This document shows positions 11,512 to 22,674 of a stretch of 55,297 nt of DNA, piece after piece. Numbering within the stretch: position 1 is the stretch's first letter; every line of letters starts with the position of its first letter. The notes beneath the pieces were generated by a model. The model ran no database searches and was not told the DNA's origin. It saw only the letters and a program-made list of their open reading frames with translations. Both the position numbers and the translations under genes were made by a program. Source of the DNA: Prorocentrum cordatum (lineage: Eukaryota); contig CAUYUJ010000168.1 of NCBI GenBank assembly GCA_963575745.1, positions 62,001-117,297 on the forward strand. Reading direction: 5' to 3'.

Positions 11512-13838
11512 CAGTTGTAAATAAAAAGAGGACGCTCTGCCACTTGGAGCCGCCCAGGGGCGATCTCGATGGCTTTTGGAAGCACGTTGGAACTATCTTG
11601 AACTATCTTGAGTTATATTGAACGATATTGGAGGCCATGTTTGCCTTTCTGGGACCCTCTTGAAACCATCCTTGGCCATCTTGGACGCTCTAACGCCTTG
11701 CGCGTCGCCCTGTCCTCGCTGGTAAACAGATCTACCTTACTTTTGTTCATTAACGTATACAGAAATACCATGTCATAGATGGTTGGTCGCTGGAAAGAAA
11801 GCGAGGTAGATTTGTTTACCAGCTGTTTTTGGGCAAAGTTGCATGCTGTTGCTTTATCCAAACACTCGGACGATGTGCTTGCCGCGGTGGCCGGCCTGCC
11901 TCCTCCCTCCCTCGTCGTCGTCGTCGTGACCATCGTCAGCGCATGTGTTCTTATCGCAATTGATTGGAGAGGCCTTACGGCCGGTGCCGCCGACCCTGGA
12001 CGTCGACGACGACGACGACGACGACGACGACAACGGCGGCCTATGTGTCCACAGTGCCCGCTCGTACGCTCTGCCACCTATGCGTGCGCGTGCGGCTCGC
12101 TGGCGTGCTCTGCCGTCAAGGACGTCAGAGTCATCATCCCCAATTCCCAGTAAGTTGAACGCTACAGTTGTAAATAAAAAGGGGACGCTCTGCCACTTGG
12201 AGCCGCCCAGGGGCGATCTCGATGGCTTTTGGAAGCACGTTGGAACTATCTTGAACGATCTTGAGTTATATTGAACGATATTGGAGGCCATGTTTGCCTT
12301 TCTGGGACCCTCTTGAAACCATCCTTGGCCATCTTGGACGCTCTAACGCCTTGCGCGTCGCCCTGTCCTCGCTGGTAAACAGATCTACCTTACTTTTGTT
12401 CATTACGTATACAGAAATACCATGTCATAGATGGTTGGTCGCTGGAAAGAAAGCGAGGTAGATTTGTTTACCAGCTGTTTTTGGGCAAAGTTGCATGCTG
12501 TTGCTTTATCCAAACACTCGGACGATGTGCTTGCCGCGGTGGCCGGCCTGCCTCCTCCCTCCCTCGTCGTCGTCGTCGTGACCATCGTCAGCGCATGTGT
12601 TCTTATCACAATTGATTGGAGAGGCCTTACGGCCGGTGCCGCCGACCCTGGACGTCGACGACGACGACGACGACGACGACGACAACGGCGGCCTATGTGT
12701 CCACAGTGCCCGCTCGTACGCTCTGCCACCTATGCGTGCACGTGCGGCTCGCTGGCGTGCTCTGCCGTCAAGGACGTCAGAGTCATCATCCCCAATTCCC
12801 AGTAAGTTGAACGCTACAGTTGTAAATAAAAAGGGGACGCTCTGCCACTTGGAGCCGCCCAGGGGCGATCTCGATGGCTTTTGGAAGCACGTTGGAACTA
12901 TCTTGAACGATCTTGAGTTATATTGAACGATATTGGAGGCCATGTTTGCCTTTCTGGGACCCTCTTGAAGCCATCCTTGGCCATCTTGGACGCTCTAACG
13001 CCTTGCGCGTCGCCCTGTCCTCGCTGGTAAACAGATCTACCTTACTTTTGTTCATTAACGTATACAGAAATACCATGTCATAGATGGTTGGTCGCTGGAA
13101 AGAAAGCGAGGTAGATTTGTTTACCAGCTGTTTTTGGGCAAAGTTGCATGCTGTTGCTTTATCGAAGCACTCGGACGATGTGCTTGCCGCGGTGGCCGGC
13201 CTGCCTCCTCCCTCCCTCATCGTCGTCGTCGTGACCGTCGTCAGCGCGTATGTTCTTGTCACAATTGATTGGAGAGGCCTTACGGCCGGTGCCGCCGACC
13301 CTGGACGTCGACGACGACACCGACGACGACGACAACGGCGGCCTATGTGTCCACAGTGCCCGCTCGTACGCTCTGCCACCTATGCGTGCACGTGCGGCTC
13401 GCTGGCGTGCTGTGCCGTCAAGGACGTCTGAGTCATCATCCCCAATTCCCAGTAAGTTGAACGCCACAATTGTAAATAAAAAGGGGACGCTCTGCCACTT
13501 GGAGCCGTCCTGGGGCGATCTTGATGGCTTTTGGAAGCACGTTGGAACTATCTTGAATTATCTTGAGTTTTATTGAACGATCGTGGAGGCCATGTCTGCC
13601 TCTCTGGGACCCTCTTGAAGCCATCTTTGGCCATCTTGGACGCTCTAACGCCTCGCGCGTCGCCCTGTCCTCGCTGGTAAACAGATCTACCTCACTTTTG
13701 TTCATTCACGAATACAAAAATACCATGTCATGGATGGTTGGTCCTTGGAACAGAAAGCGAGGTAGATTTGTTTACCAGCTGTTTTTGGGCAAAGTTGCAT
13801 GCTGTCGTTTTATCGAAGCACTCGGACGATGTGCTTGC
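11512..13838. repeat. Head-to-tail tandem array, ~652-bp unit (3 full units plus 1 partial)
   Basis: Unit starts CAGTTGTAAATAAAAAG at 11512, 12165 and 12817, and CAATTGTAAA at 13467. The ORF track shows identical translated ORFs at the same period. Confidence 0.95.
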
Positions 13839-14181
13839 TCGGATCTTCCCTTCAGTCCGTCTTCGAACTCTCCCCCAAACCCTCCCCCCTTCGATTCCGC
13901 CAACCGAGACAGGCGCCCGGAGCGAGACGCTGGCTCGAGCCGCCGAATTACGCTGTTGGCACGAGCCGCCTTGGCCTCGCGGGCGCCCCTCGCTCCATTC
14001 GACTCCAGATCTTCGGCGGGATGATTTATTCAATCTTGATATTTTTTACTTTTTCGGCCGCTGGGGGCAATCTTCGGCCCCCCGGGACCACGAACGGCTT
14101 GCCCCCCCCAAAAAAAAAAACATGGCAAGGATCCGTATATGTTGGGGCCGCGGAGTTTGAATCAATCAGATCGTCGGAGGT

Positions 14182-15300
14182 ATGGGACCACAAGATTCGG
14201 CTCAAGATCCGTCAATGTCATCGATGTTTCAAAATGCGACCTACAATCCAGAGAAGTGCGTCTATGTTGGTCGAGCCACTCGCGATGGTGAGCGCATGTG
14301 CTGGTCGGGGGCGAATGAAATTGCGGTGGCGGAGAAGGTCCGTAAATTTACAAAGACTCGGTCTCTGAAAGACATGCTGGCGCCGGGCCACAGTGTTAGG
14401 GAGTTGCCCAAATGTCTTCGAGAGGAGCCTCAAGATGTCGCAAAGAACCCTAGACGGACTCCGCCCAATGCCCGGGCGCAATTGGTCATCCGGTTGATGT
14501 GCTTGCTGTACGCTCGTGGAGCATGCGCTAAGATTCCATTGTTACGGGCTGCCGACATCGCTGGGCTGCGGCTTTCAAAGCAAGAGCTAGATGACAACGA
14601 GTATACTGGCTTGCATGCAATGAGGCATCTAATCGTTTTGCATCAATTATGGACACCTCGGCGCATGGCATCAGCGATGTCACACTTGAAAGCGCGCGGA
14701 AGCATGAAAGATGCACTGCAACGTATAAGCGCGCAGAGCAGCAAATCTCAGCAAACAGAAATCGACAGAGATGAAATAGCCATGTTGGTTCCTGGGTTAT
14801 GTCGACGCATCACCAAACCGAGCAACATAGTCAAATGGTTTGATACATACGAGAGTTGGGAAAAGCTTACCAGCGCAGCAGCTATGTGCTGCGAGTATTT
14901 TCACAACGGCCGTGGGACTATCACGACGCAGGCGTGTGATCTCATGGTATCGCAGCTTCGACCAGTTGACATGGTTGGTGACTACACTGCTCCTCATTGT
15001 GTTCGGAGTTTAGCTGCAATCTTCCATCGCAAGATAGCATTAGGTTCTGTATGGGGCAGCATGTTGATGAGCGATCGCAGTGTGGCTGCCATGCTTAAAG
15101 TGCTAGGTAATCCTTCCCCAGTGGAGCTGCTCGAGTGGTTGGGGCGGTCTGGTATTCGAAATACGCCTACTATTCCCGACGATGCTGGGGCGCTTGCTCT
15201 ATTGCTCTGCGAGACACATCAAGTCTATGCGAAATTGACGAAGAGAAGGTTTACCCTCTGTGCTTTCGTGAAGAAACTTGGAAGACTTTCGCCAAAGTGA
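14182..15300 (+). CDS. Intronless 372-aa hypothetical protein, possibly HhH DNA-glycosylase-fold / aGPT-Pplase-like; true start uncertain
   Basis: Only long ORF with non-repetitive, globular-looking composition, in DNA less GC-rich than its surroundings. Contains LRPVDMVGDYTA (HhH-like) and a C-terminal LLCETH. Confidence 0.6.
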   Translation: MGPQDSAQDPSMSSMFQNATYNPEKCVYVGRATRDGERMCWSGANEIAVAEKVRKFTKTRSLKDMLAPGHSVRELPKCLREEPQDVAKNPRRTPPNARAQLVIRLMCLLYARGACAKIPLLRAADIAGLRLSKQELDDNEYTGLHAMRHLIVLHQLWTPRRMASAMSHLKARGSMKDALQRISAQSSKSQQTEIDRDEIAMLVPGLCRRITKPSNIVKWFDTYESWEKLTSAAAMCCEYFHNGRGTITTQACDLMVSQLRPVDMVGDYTAPHCVRSLAAIFHRKIALGSVWGSMLMSDRSVAAMLKVLGNPSPVELLEWLGRSGIRNTPTIPDDAGALALLLCETHQVYAKLTKRRFTLCAFVKKLGRLSPK

Positions 15301-15360
15301 AAAAGTATTCGCTCAAGAACAAGGTTTATGAATCCGCCGCTGTTGTGCTGACGCATATGG

Positions 15361-15535
15361 GCATGCTGTAGTCTATCGAAGCATTCGGACGATGTGCTCG
15401 CCGCGGTGGCCGGCCTGCCTCCTCCCTCCCTTGTCGTTGTCGTCGTCGTGGTCATCGTCAGCGCATGTGTTCTTATCACAATTGATTGGAGAGGCTTTGC
15501 GGCCGGTGATTCCGACCCTGGACGTCGACGACGAT
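15361..15535. repeat. Resumption of the 652-bp unit downstream of the ORF
   Basis: GCATGCTGT...GGACGATGTGCTCGCCGCGGTGGCCGGCCTGCC...GACCCTGGACGTCGACGACG matches the interior of the unit. Confidence 0.9.
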
Positions 15536-15549
15536 GTCGGGGCCATGAC

Positions 15550-15895
15550 GCTATAGGGCTATAGGCCTATAGGGCTATGGGGCTATAGGGCTATGGGGCT
15601 GTAGGGCTATAGGGCTATTGGGCCATTGGGCGATTGGGCTATAAGGCTATAGGGCTAGGGCTATAGGGTCGTCGTCGTGGTCGTGGTCGTGGTCGTGGTC
15701 GCGGTCGTCGTCGTGTTCGTGGTCGCGGTCGTCGTCGTCGTCGTCGTTGTCGTTGTCGTCGTCGTCGTCGTGGTCGTGGTCGTGGTCGCGGTCGTCGTCG
15801 TCGTGGTCGTAGTCGCGGTCGTCGTCGTCGTCGTCGTCGTTGTCGTCGTCGTCGTTGTTGTCGTCGTCGTGGTCGTCGTCGCGGTCGTCGTCGGC
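15550..15895. repeat. (GGGCTATA)n then (GTC/GTG)n simple repeats
   Basis: Seen directly. Confidence 0.85.
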
Positions 15896-16756
15896 GTCGC
15901 GTCGGCGAGGAGAGCGCGGCGGGCGAACAGGTTGGCCTCGGGGGGGGGCCGTGAGCATATATACATGGCAGTGAGTTTTGGCAGCGGCCTTGTTTTCAGG
16001 GCCTGTGTCCGGGAGTGTTTCAGATTGTGTTTCAGGTTTCGTTTCAAATTATGTTTGAGGTCAGTGTTCAGGGCCCTTCTTCTTCGGCGGAGGTTGGCGG
16101 AAGTTTCGCGCGCCCGGCGGAGTTGCAACGGGGGGGGCCCCGCGGAAGCTGGCGTGAGCCGGAGGAAGCAGCACGAGAATACGCATTATCCATTGGCGCT
16201 GCCGCGCGATTCCGCCACCGCGCTCGGGCGGGCGCCCGCGGGGGGGGGGCAGGCGCGGAGTGGGGCCAGGAAGGGAGAATCCACGGAAGTTCTTACCCCT
16301 GCCCTGGTATTTGGAGGCATTTTGTGTTTGGAAGGCCAAAAAGACAGGGACTTGATGTTAAAAATAAGCCCCATCTTGGGATCGATGCGTCGGGGGGGCC
16401 TAATTATTGCTTCGCAAGGAGAGAGAGGGCCCGAGACACACCTACCGCTGCACGCGCGGTGGCGGATACCGAATGTCGGGGTCGCGCCACGCTCCTCGAG
16501 CGCCGCCCGCCCATGCGAGCACCGCCGCCGCCGCCGTTGCCGTGGCGCCGCCGCCGCCGGGTTTGCCGCCGCGACCGCCGCCACCGCCGTCGCGGTCGTC
16601 GTCGTCGTCGTCGTCGTCGTCGTCCGTCCCAGCTCGGCCGGCCCGCCGGCTCGGCTCGGCCCGGCCCGGCTCGGCCGGCGGTGGGGGAGGGAGGAGGAGT
16701 GGGACGATGGAACAGAACAGGAAGGAGGAGGAGGAGGAGGAGGAGGAGGAGAGGAG

Positions 16757-16791
<35 letters not shown>

Positions 16792-16954
16792 AGAGGAGGA
16801 AGAGGGAGAAATGAGTGAGGAGGCGCGGGGGGGGGGACATGCGCAGGGGAAGGCGGATGAGGACTACATGGAGGAGCAGGCGTTCGCAACCCGCGTAGCA
16901 TCCAGGCAGAAGGCGAGGAGGAGGAGGAGGAGGAAGAAGTGGAGATGGAGGCCC

Positions 16955-17640
16955 GTTTCGCCTGAGACATCCTCACAACTTTGGGTTCCGAGACGCCCTG
17001 ACCTGAGTTGGTCGGACCACTTTCGCCGGAGAATTCTTCGAAGTTCTGACCTCGGAGGAGCCCTGCCCTACGGTGGTCCGAACACTTCCGCTTGAGACAT
17101 CCTCGCAACCCTGGGTTGCGAGAGGCCCTGAGGTCAGGCGTTCAGGCCGCTTTCGCTTGAGATACCCTCGCAACTCTGACCTCGGAGTTGCCCTGCCCAA
17201 TGAATGGCCCAGGAATGTTCGCCTGAGACATCCTCGCAACTCTGGGTTGCGAGAGGCCCAGAGGTAATTAAGGTGCTCAGGCCACTGCCGCCTGAGACAT
17301 CCTCGAAACTCTGATCTCGGATATGCCCTGAGTTCAGGTGTTCAGGCCACTTTCGCGTGAGACCTCCTCCGAACTCTGACCTCGGAGGTGCGCTGCCCCA
17401 TGGTGGTCCGGGCACCTTCGCCTGAGACATCCTCGCAACTCTACGTTGCGAGAGGCCCTGAGCTGAGGTGTTCAGGCCACTGCCGCCTGAGGCATCCTCC
17501 GAACTCTGACCTCGAAGATGCATTGCCCCAAGGTGGTCTGGCCACTTCCGCCTGAGACCCTCGCCACTCTGAGATGCGAGATGCCCTGAGCAGGTGGTCT
17601 GGCCACTACCGCCTGAGACATCCTCACAACTCTGACCTCT
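16955..17640. repeat. ~65-bp minisatellite (CGCCTGAGACATCCTCGCAACTCTG...), about 10 units
   Basis: Recurrent CCTGAGACATCCTC with two alternating subtypes. Confidence 0.85.
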
Positions 17641-18309
17641 TAGGGCCTCTTGGGGGGCCTTTTGGGCACTCTTGGCCACGGCCCAGAAACAAAATCAAAC
17701 CAGGGCCCAGAAACAAAACTTGAAACAAACCTGGAAACAAAACTTGAAACAAAACCCTTGAAACAATTGTCCGGCTGGGGAGCCGCCTGTGGTGAGGCAC
17801 CGCCGCATATACTGACCACAACGACGCTTGCCACGACGACGGCGTAAGTGATGATGAGGATGGTGATGATGATGATCACGCTGGTTTCGATGATTACGAT
17901 GCTGATGATGATGGCGATGAAGATGCGTAGGAGGAGCAGGAACAGGAGGAGGAGGAGGAGGAGGGAGAGCAGGAGGGCGAACAGGATGATGAGGGAATGG
18001 GAAGAGAAAATCGAAAAGTCGGCGAGAGTTCTGCTGAGGAAGAGGGCACGAGAAACGATGGAGGGAGAGGGTGAGGAAAAGAAGAACGAAACTGAATCAT
18101 TCTAAAAAGAGGATGAAGCAAATCCGAAAATACATGATAAGGGTAGTGATGGAGTGGAACCACAGAAAAAAAGGGAACGCACATTATACCACAATCCTCC
18201 CCTCACATATATATATGTATATATACATACTTTATATATATACATATATATACATATATATATATATGTATATGTATATGTATGTGTATATATATATATA
18301 TATATATAT

Positions 18310-19550
18310 CCGTAAGGGCTTCGCCCCCTGCCGCCGGCCCCCTCTCTCGGAGAATGGGCCATGGAAGAGCTAAGTCATGAGGCTTGGCGCTGTCGTGAAG
18401 CAGTATCGAAACTTCATGCGAAGCCGATTCGCAATCAGCAAAACCAACTGATCACAAGAGGGGTTACCACACCTGGCGATTGGTAAGACGTGTATGGTTT
18501 ACGGGCTTGGTTACCACACCTTGCGATTAAAGGGCCGAGGGAGTTCTCGCAGTTTGGGTTACCACGCCTTGCGATGGATGTGCGTGAGGGGTGGCACCGA
18601 ATTTCAGAAATGTGGCAAATCCCCTGTGTTTTTGGACCCTGACCCCGCGGATCTGCGTGAGGGGTGGCACCGAATTTCAGAAATGTGGCAAATCAGAAAT
18701 GTGGCAAATCCCTTGTGTTTTTGGACCCTGACCCCGCGGATCTGCGTGAGGGGTGGCACCGAATTTCAGAAATGTGGCAAATCCCATGTGTTTTTGGACC
18801 CTGACCCCGCGGATCTGCGTGAGGGGTGGCACCGAATTTCAGAAATGTGGCAAATCCCATGTGTTTTTGGACCCTGACCCCGCGGATCTGCGTGAGGGGT
18901 GGCACCGAATTTCAGAAATGTGGCAAATCCCATGTGTTTTTGGACCCTGACCCCGCGGATCTGCGTGAGGGGTGGCACCGAATTTCAGAAATGTGGCAAA
19001 TCCCATGTGTTTTTGGACCCTGACCCCGCGGATCTGCGTGAGGGGTGGCATCGAATTTCAGAAATGTGGCAAATCCCGTGTGTTTTTGGACCCTGACCCC
19101 GCGGATCTGCGTGAGGGGTGGCACCGAATTTCAGAAATGTGGCAAATCCCTTGTGTTTTTGGACCCTGACCCCGCGGATCTGCGTGAGTGGTGGCACCGA
19201 ATTTCAGAAATGTGGCAAATCCCATGTGTTTTTGGATCCTGACCCCGCGGATCTGCGTGAGGGGTGGCACCGAATTTCAGAAATGTAGCAAATCCCTTGT
19301 GCTTTTGGACCCTGACCCCGCGGATCTGCGTGAGGGGTGTACATTTCGAGCTCCCCCAGCAATTCAGACAACGCGCCCAGGGGGTGCTAAAAATCCCGTT
19401 TGGGCCTCCCCCCCCTCGCGCGGTCAATCAACTAGTTACAGTAACCAGCAAGAAGCAGAACTGTAACACTGGAAACTACAACCTACGACTGGTACAGGAA
19501 ACTGCGAACCTCGCGCCTACAGCCTGGTGGCCCCGCAAGGGGGCCGGCGG
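18310..19550 (-). mobile_element. Helentron/HINE-like element with 73-bp satellite, inserted in a (TA)n tract
   Basis: Perfect 13-bp inverted pair CCGCCGGCCCCCT (18331-18343) / AGGGGGCCGGCGG (19538-19550). Hairpins GGGC-TTC-GCCC and GGCCCC-GCAAG-GGGGCC at the ends. (TA)n on both sides. Confidence 0.7.
18576..19339. repeat. 73-bp tandem satellite, about 10 near-identical units
   Basis: GCGTGAGGGGTGGCACCGAATTTCAGAAATGTGGCAAATCCCATGTGTTTTTGGACCCTGACCCCGCGGATCT repeated. Confidence 0.97.
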
Positions 19551-19552
19551 AT

Positions 19553-19602
<50 letters not shown>

Positions 19603-21459
19603 GTATGCACGCAAGGTGTGGTGAGTTCTGTGCAGATAACGGTGTATGCGATGTATGAACGCACGTGCACGCCTGCTAGATCTTCGGGCTTGTGCAAGGT
19701 ACACGCGCACCTACGCACACACAGTATTTAGGGGCGTTGACCTGAGGAACTCTGAATAAGGAACGGGGCCCCTTTCTCCCATAGGTTGAACTTCGATTGC
19801 CCATGGAAAACCTCAGGAAAACCAGAGGATCACTGTAAAACAACTACGGAACACGGAGCCCCTCCCGAACGACAAGGGTTCCTTCTTCAGGGCCCCGACT
19901 GTACACACACACAAGCAATTGCACCAAGCGAGCCGGCCCGTGGCACGTGCGGGCAGCCGCGGGGACCCCGCGCCGCTGCGCGCGCCTTTTTTTTGCGGCG
20001 GCGGGCGACCGCCGAAGTGCCGGGGCGCCCGGGCGCCGCTCTGCACCCCCTGTCTCTGATACGCGGCCCGTGCGGCGACAATCAGGGGGGCGTAAGACCC
20101 GGGTACAGGGGACTCGGAAATCCCCGACGAGGTCGTCAAACAAATGACGAGGCCGAGCCTGCATTTTGACGAGGCCTCCCGCTGCAGACATCCCACGAAA
20201 CTCCTACTCGTCAAAATCCGAGTCGCGGTCGTCAAAAAACGATGGCGAACCCGAGTCCAGGCAAACCCGGGTCTTACGCTCCCCCGAGACAAGAACGGAG
20301 CTCTCCCGCGAGCGTGCGCACGGCCAGGGACGTCCGCCTCGGCGCGCCGTGGGGCGGCATGCCATATATGCCCTGCCGGGGGGGGGGGGGGGCGTGCCGC
20401 TCCGCTCCGCCGGGGGCAGGCGGCGGGGAGAACCGCGCAGCGGTGTTGGCGCTCGGTGACTGGGGCAGGGGCAGCGCGTCGCGCCGAGGCGCGGTGGGCC
20501 AGAAGCGGCGGCGCGACACGCTGAGCCAGAGCTCCCGACCGTATGGGGGCCTCGCACATGGGGTCCGAGCAGATGGGGTCGGAGGATCGCGCCGCATCGG
20601 CGACGGCGGGCTCGAGAACGTCGGGCGACGCATCGAGCCGAGCCGCGTCGCCGAGGCACTGGCGATGCGGCACGATCCTCCGACCCGACCCGCTCGGACC
20701 CCATCAGGGAGGCCTGGAGTACAGCGACCTGACGCGGTGGCTGCTCGACGCGGGCCGCCAGCGCGGCACGCCGCGCGTGGGAGAGAGGGCGCTTGCGCGC
20801 GACCCTGCGCGGGAAGGTCGCTCGCGAGTGCCCGCGATGGAGCCCGCTTTTGCGCCGCGCGCCCTGTGAAAGACGCCCGGCGACCTGGGGGAGGGTTGGC
20901 GGTGCGCGCGGGCTGGGGACGGGGCGAGGTGGGGTGGGCCTTCCGGGGCAGCACGACGAGCGAACATCACACGCCCGCACCCACAGGGGGGGCGGAGGGA
21001 AGAGGGCTGGCAGCGGGTGTGGGCGCGGGCTGTCGGACCCCACGGGGGAAGGCTCCCGCTCGAGCGGGGGCCTCCGTCCGACGCCGCGCGCCCGTGGCCC
21101 CCTCCGCCCGCCTCGTGGCTCCGGGCCGTGTGCCCCTCGCCCGCCGAGGCAGGGGGGGCTCCTCGGAAGGGGCCCGCGGGACTCCGAGGGGGGGCCCCTG
21201 GCCGCGGCGGGAGGCTCCGAGGACGGCCCCGGAGCACGGCGGCGGCGGCGCCCGCAGGGCGAGCGCGGGCACGGGCGCCGAGCCCAGGCCGGCGCACCGC
21301 GGGGCGCGGGCGCGAGGGCCGAGCGGCCGCGGCCACGGGCCGGGCTCAGTCTGGGATGTCGACCTGGGCTGCAGGCGGCCAGCTGCTGCTCCTGCTGCTT
21401 CTACATCCCTGCCCTCCGCGCCTTGCCCCTCCGTTTATGATTTTCCAGCCTGCTCTCGC

Positions 21460-21612
21460 CTCGATCACCAGAGAGACTTTCGAGCACCAGACAAGTACCG
21501 AAGCCCGAGGGTTTTTGGCATGTCGGGCCCTGGGAGGCACTCGTCCGACACTGTTTCGACACTCTTTCCGGGTGCTCGAAATTATTCCTGGGATGTGGTC
21601 CTTAGGTGGTAC
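21460..21612. mobile_element. ~155-bp interspersed MITE-like repeat
   Basis: Reverse-complement homologue of ~47612-47770 (GGACCACATCCCAG..ATAATTTCGAGC..). Confidence 0.6.
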
Positions 21613-22247
21613 GATGGGAGCAACATCGTACCACAATCTCTCTTGCTCATAAACAAAACTCCCTCTGTCGCCGCAAGACGTGTCTCCAGGGGGCCCCCAA
21701 ACGGTGTGGTGACCACACCGTGCGGTGAATCGGTAAGGATTCGGGGCCACCGCGCGGCTGTGGGACTCGAGTCCTTCTCCGAGGATGTCTCGGACGACAG
21801 GGGCCTCCGGGGTCCCAAGACCGTGCGATGACGGACCCTGCGGTGAGGTCTTGGGGGGTGTCTGAAGGGGAACTGGGACACACAAATAAATACACACAAA
21901 TAAAAATCTTGCCTATATTTTCCCATATTTTCTGGGTTTTTGTCTTCCCCCCCACTTCCCATATTTTCCCATATTTTCCTGGGACTCGACGATTAATTGT
22001 GTCTGTGTGCTTTTTCCCCTCCTGAGTGTCGAGGTCACCGCACGGTCTGTCGCCGCGCCGTTTCGGGACGCCAAAGCCTCCGGGCGGGCCTGGCGTTCTG
22101 GCCGGAGACCTCCTCGCGCTCCGCGGTCTCGAGCCGTGGCGTCGCCCGCGCTCGCGCTCACGCGGCGGCTCGCGTTTGTCAGCGCGTTGGGTTCTCGCCT
22201 CAGCGCCTCGCGCCCTGGCCTCAACAATGTCCACCAGGCACACGGAC

Positions 22248-22248
<1 letters not shown>

Positions 22249-22330
<82 letters not shown>

Positions 22331-22420
22331 TTTTTTTTGTTTTTTGTTTTTGTTGCTTGTTTTGTTGTTTGTTGTTGTTGTTGTTGGTTTGTTTTTGTTT
22401 TATTTGACGTTTTGTTTCAA
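22249..22420. repeat. Poly-T (~80 nt) plus T/G-rich tail
   Basis: Seen directly. Confidence 0.9.
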
Positions 22421-22674
22421 TTGCATGTCTTCTAAGTGGACCATATGCAGCTGCGGAACCACTGCGCGGATGGTGGGCGGTTGCTGCTCCAAACGGGGCT
22501 CTCGTTCGAGACTTCTCCCGCAACTCGCCGCCACGCGTGCAGCTCTTGTGCAGCAGCTGCGCGGGCGAAGGGGGCAGGTCCTTCCCACAAGGGGGCTCTC
22601 GCCCGAGACCTTCTCCTCGTGCCCCCTCCGCCGGCAGCAGTTGCACGGCCGCAGGGCGCTTCCTTGCCATAGCC

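Noticed and set aside
11613..13576. Repeated 110-150-aa ORFs in the 652-bp units as a tandem gene array
   Set aside because: Short, overlapping on both strands, built around (GAC)n, disrupted by 1-bp indels between units, and without recognisable domains.
14190..14210. GGCTCAAG as a relic dinoflagellate spliced leader
   Set aside because: Only about 8 nt match; the CCATTTT portion is absent.
14254..14300. CVYVGRATR as a GIY-YIG nuclease motif
   Set aside because: No upstream GIY element and no downstream conserved His, Glu or Asn pattern. No RuvC (Fanzor/TnpB) or tyrosine-recombinase motifs were seen in the ORF either.
18576..19339. CRISPR-like regular array
   Set aside because: Whole 73-bp units are near-identical, with no unique spacers and no cas genes. 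It is a satellite.
20242..21831. 529-aa GC-rich ORF
   Set aside because: Low-complexity Arg/Gly/Ala/Pro composition, multiple overlapping open frames, and it runs through an interspersed repeat.
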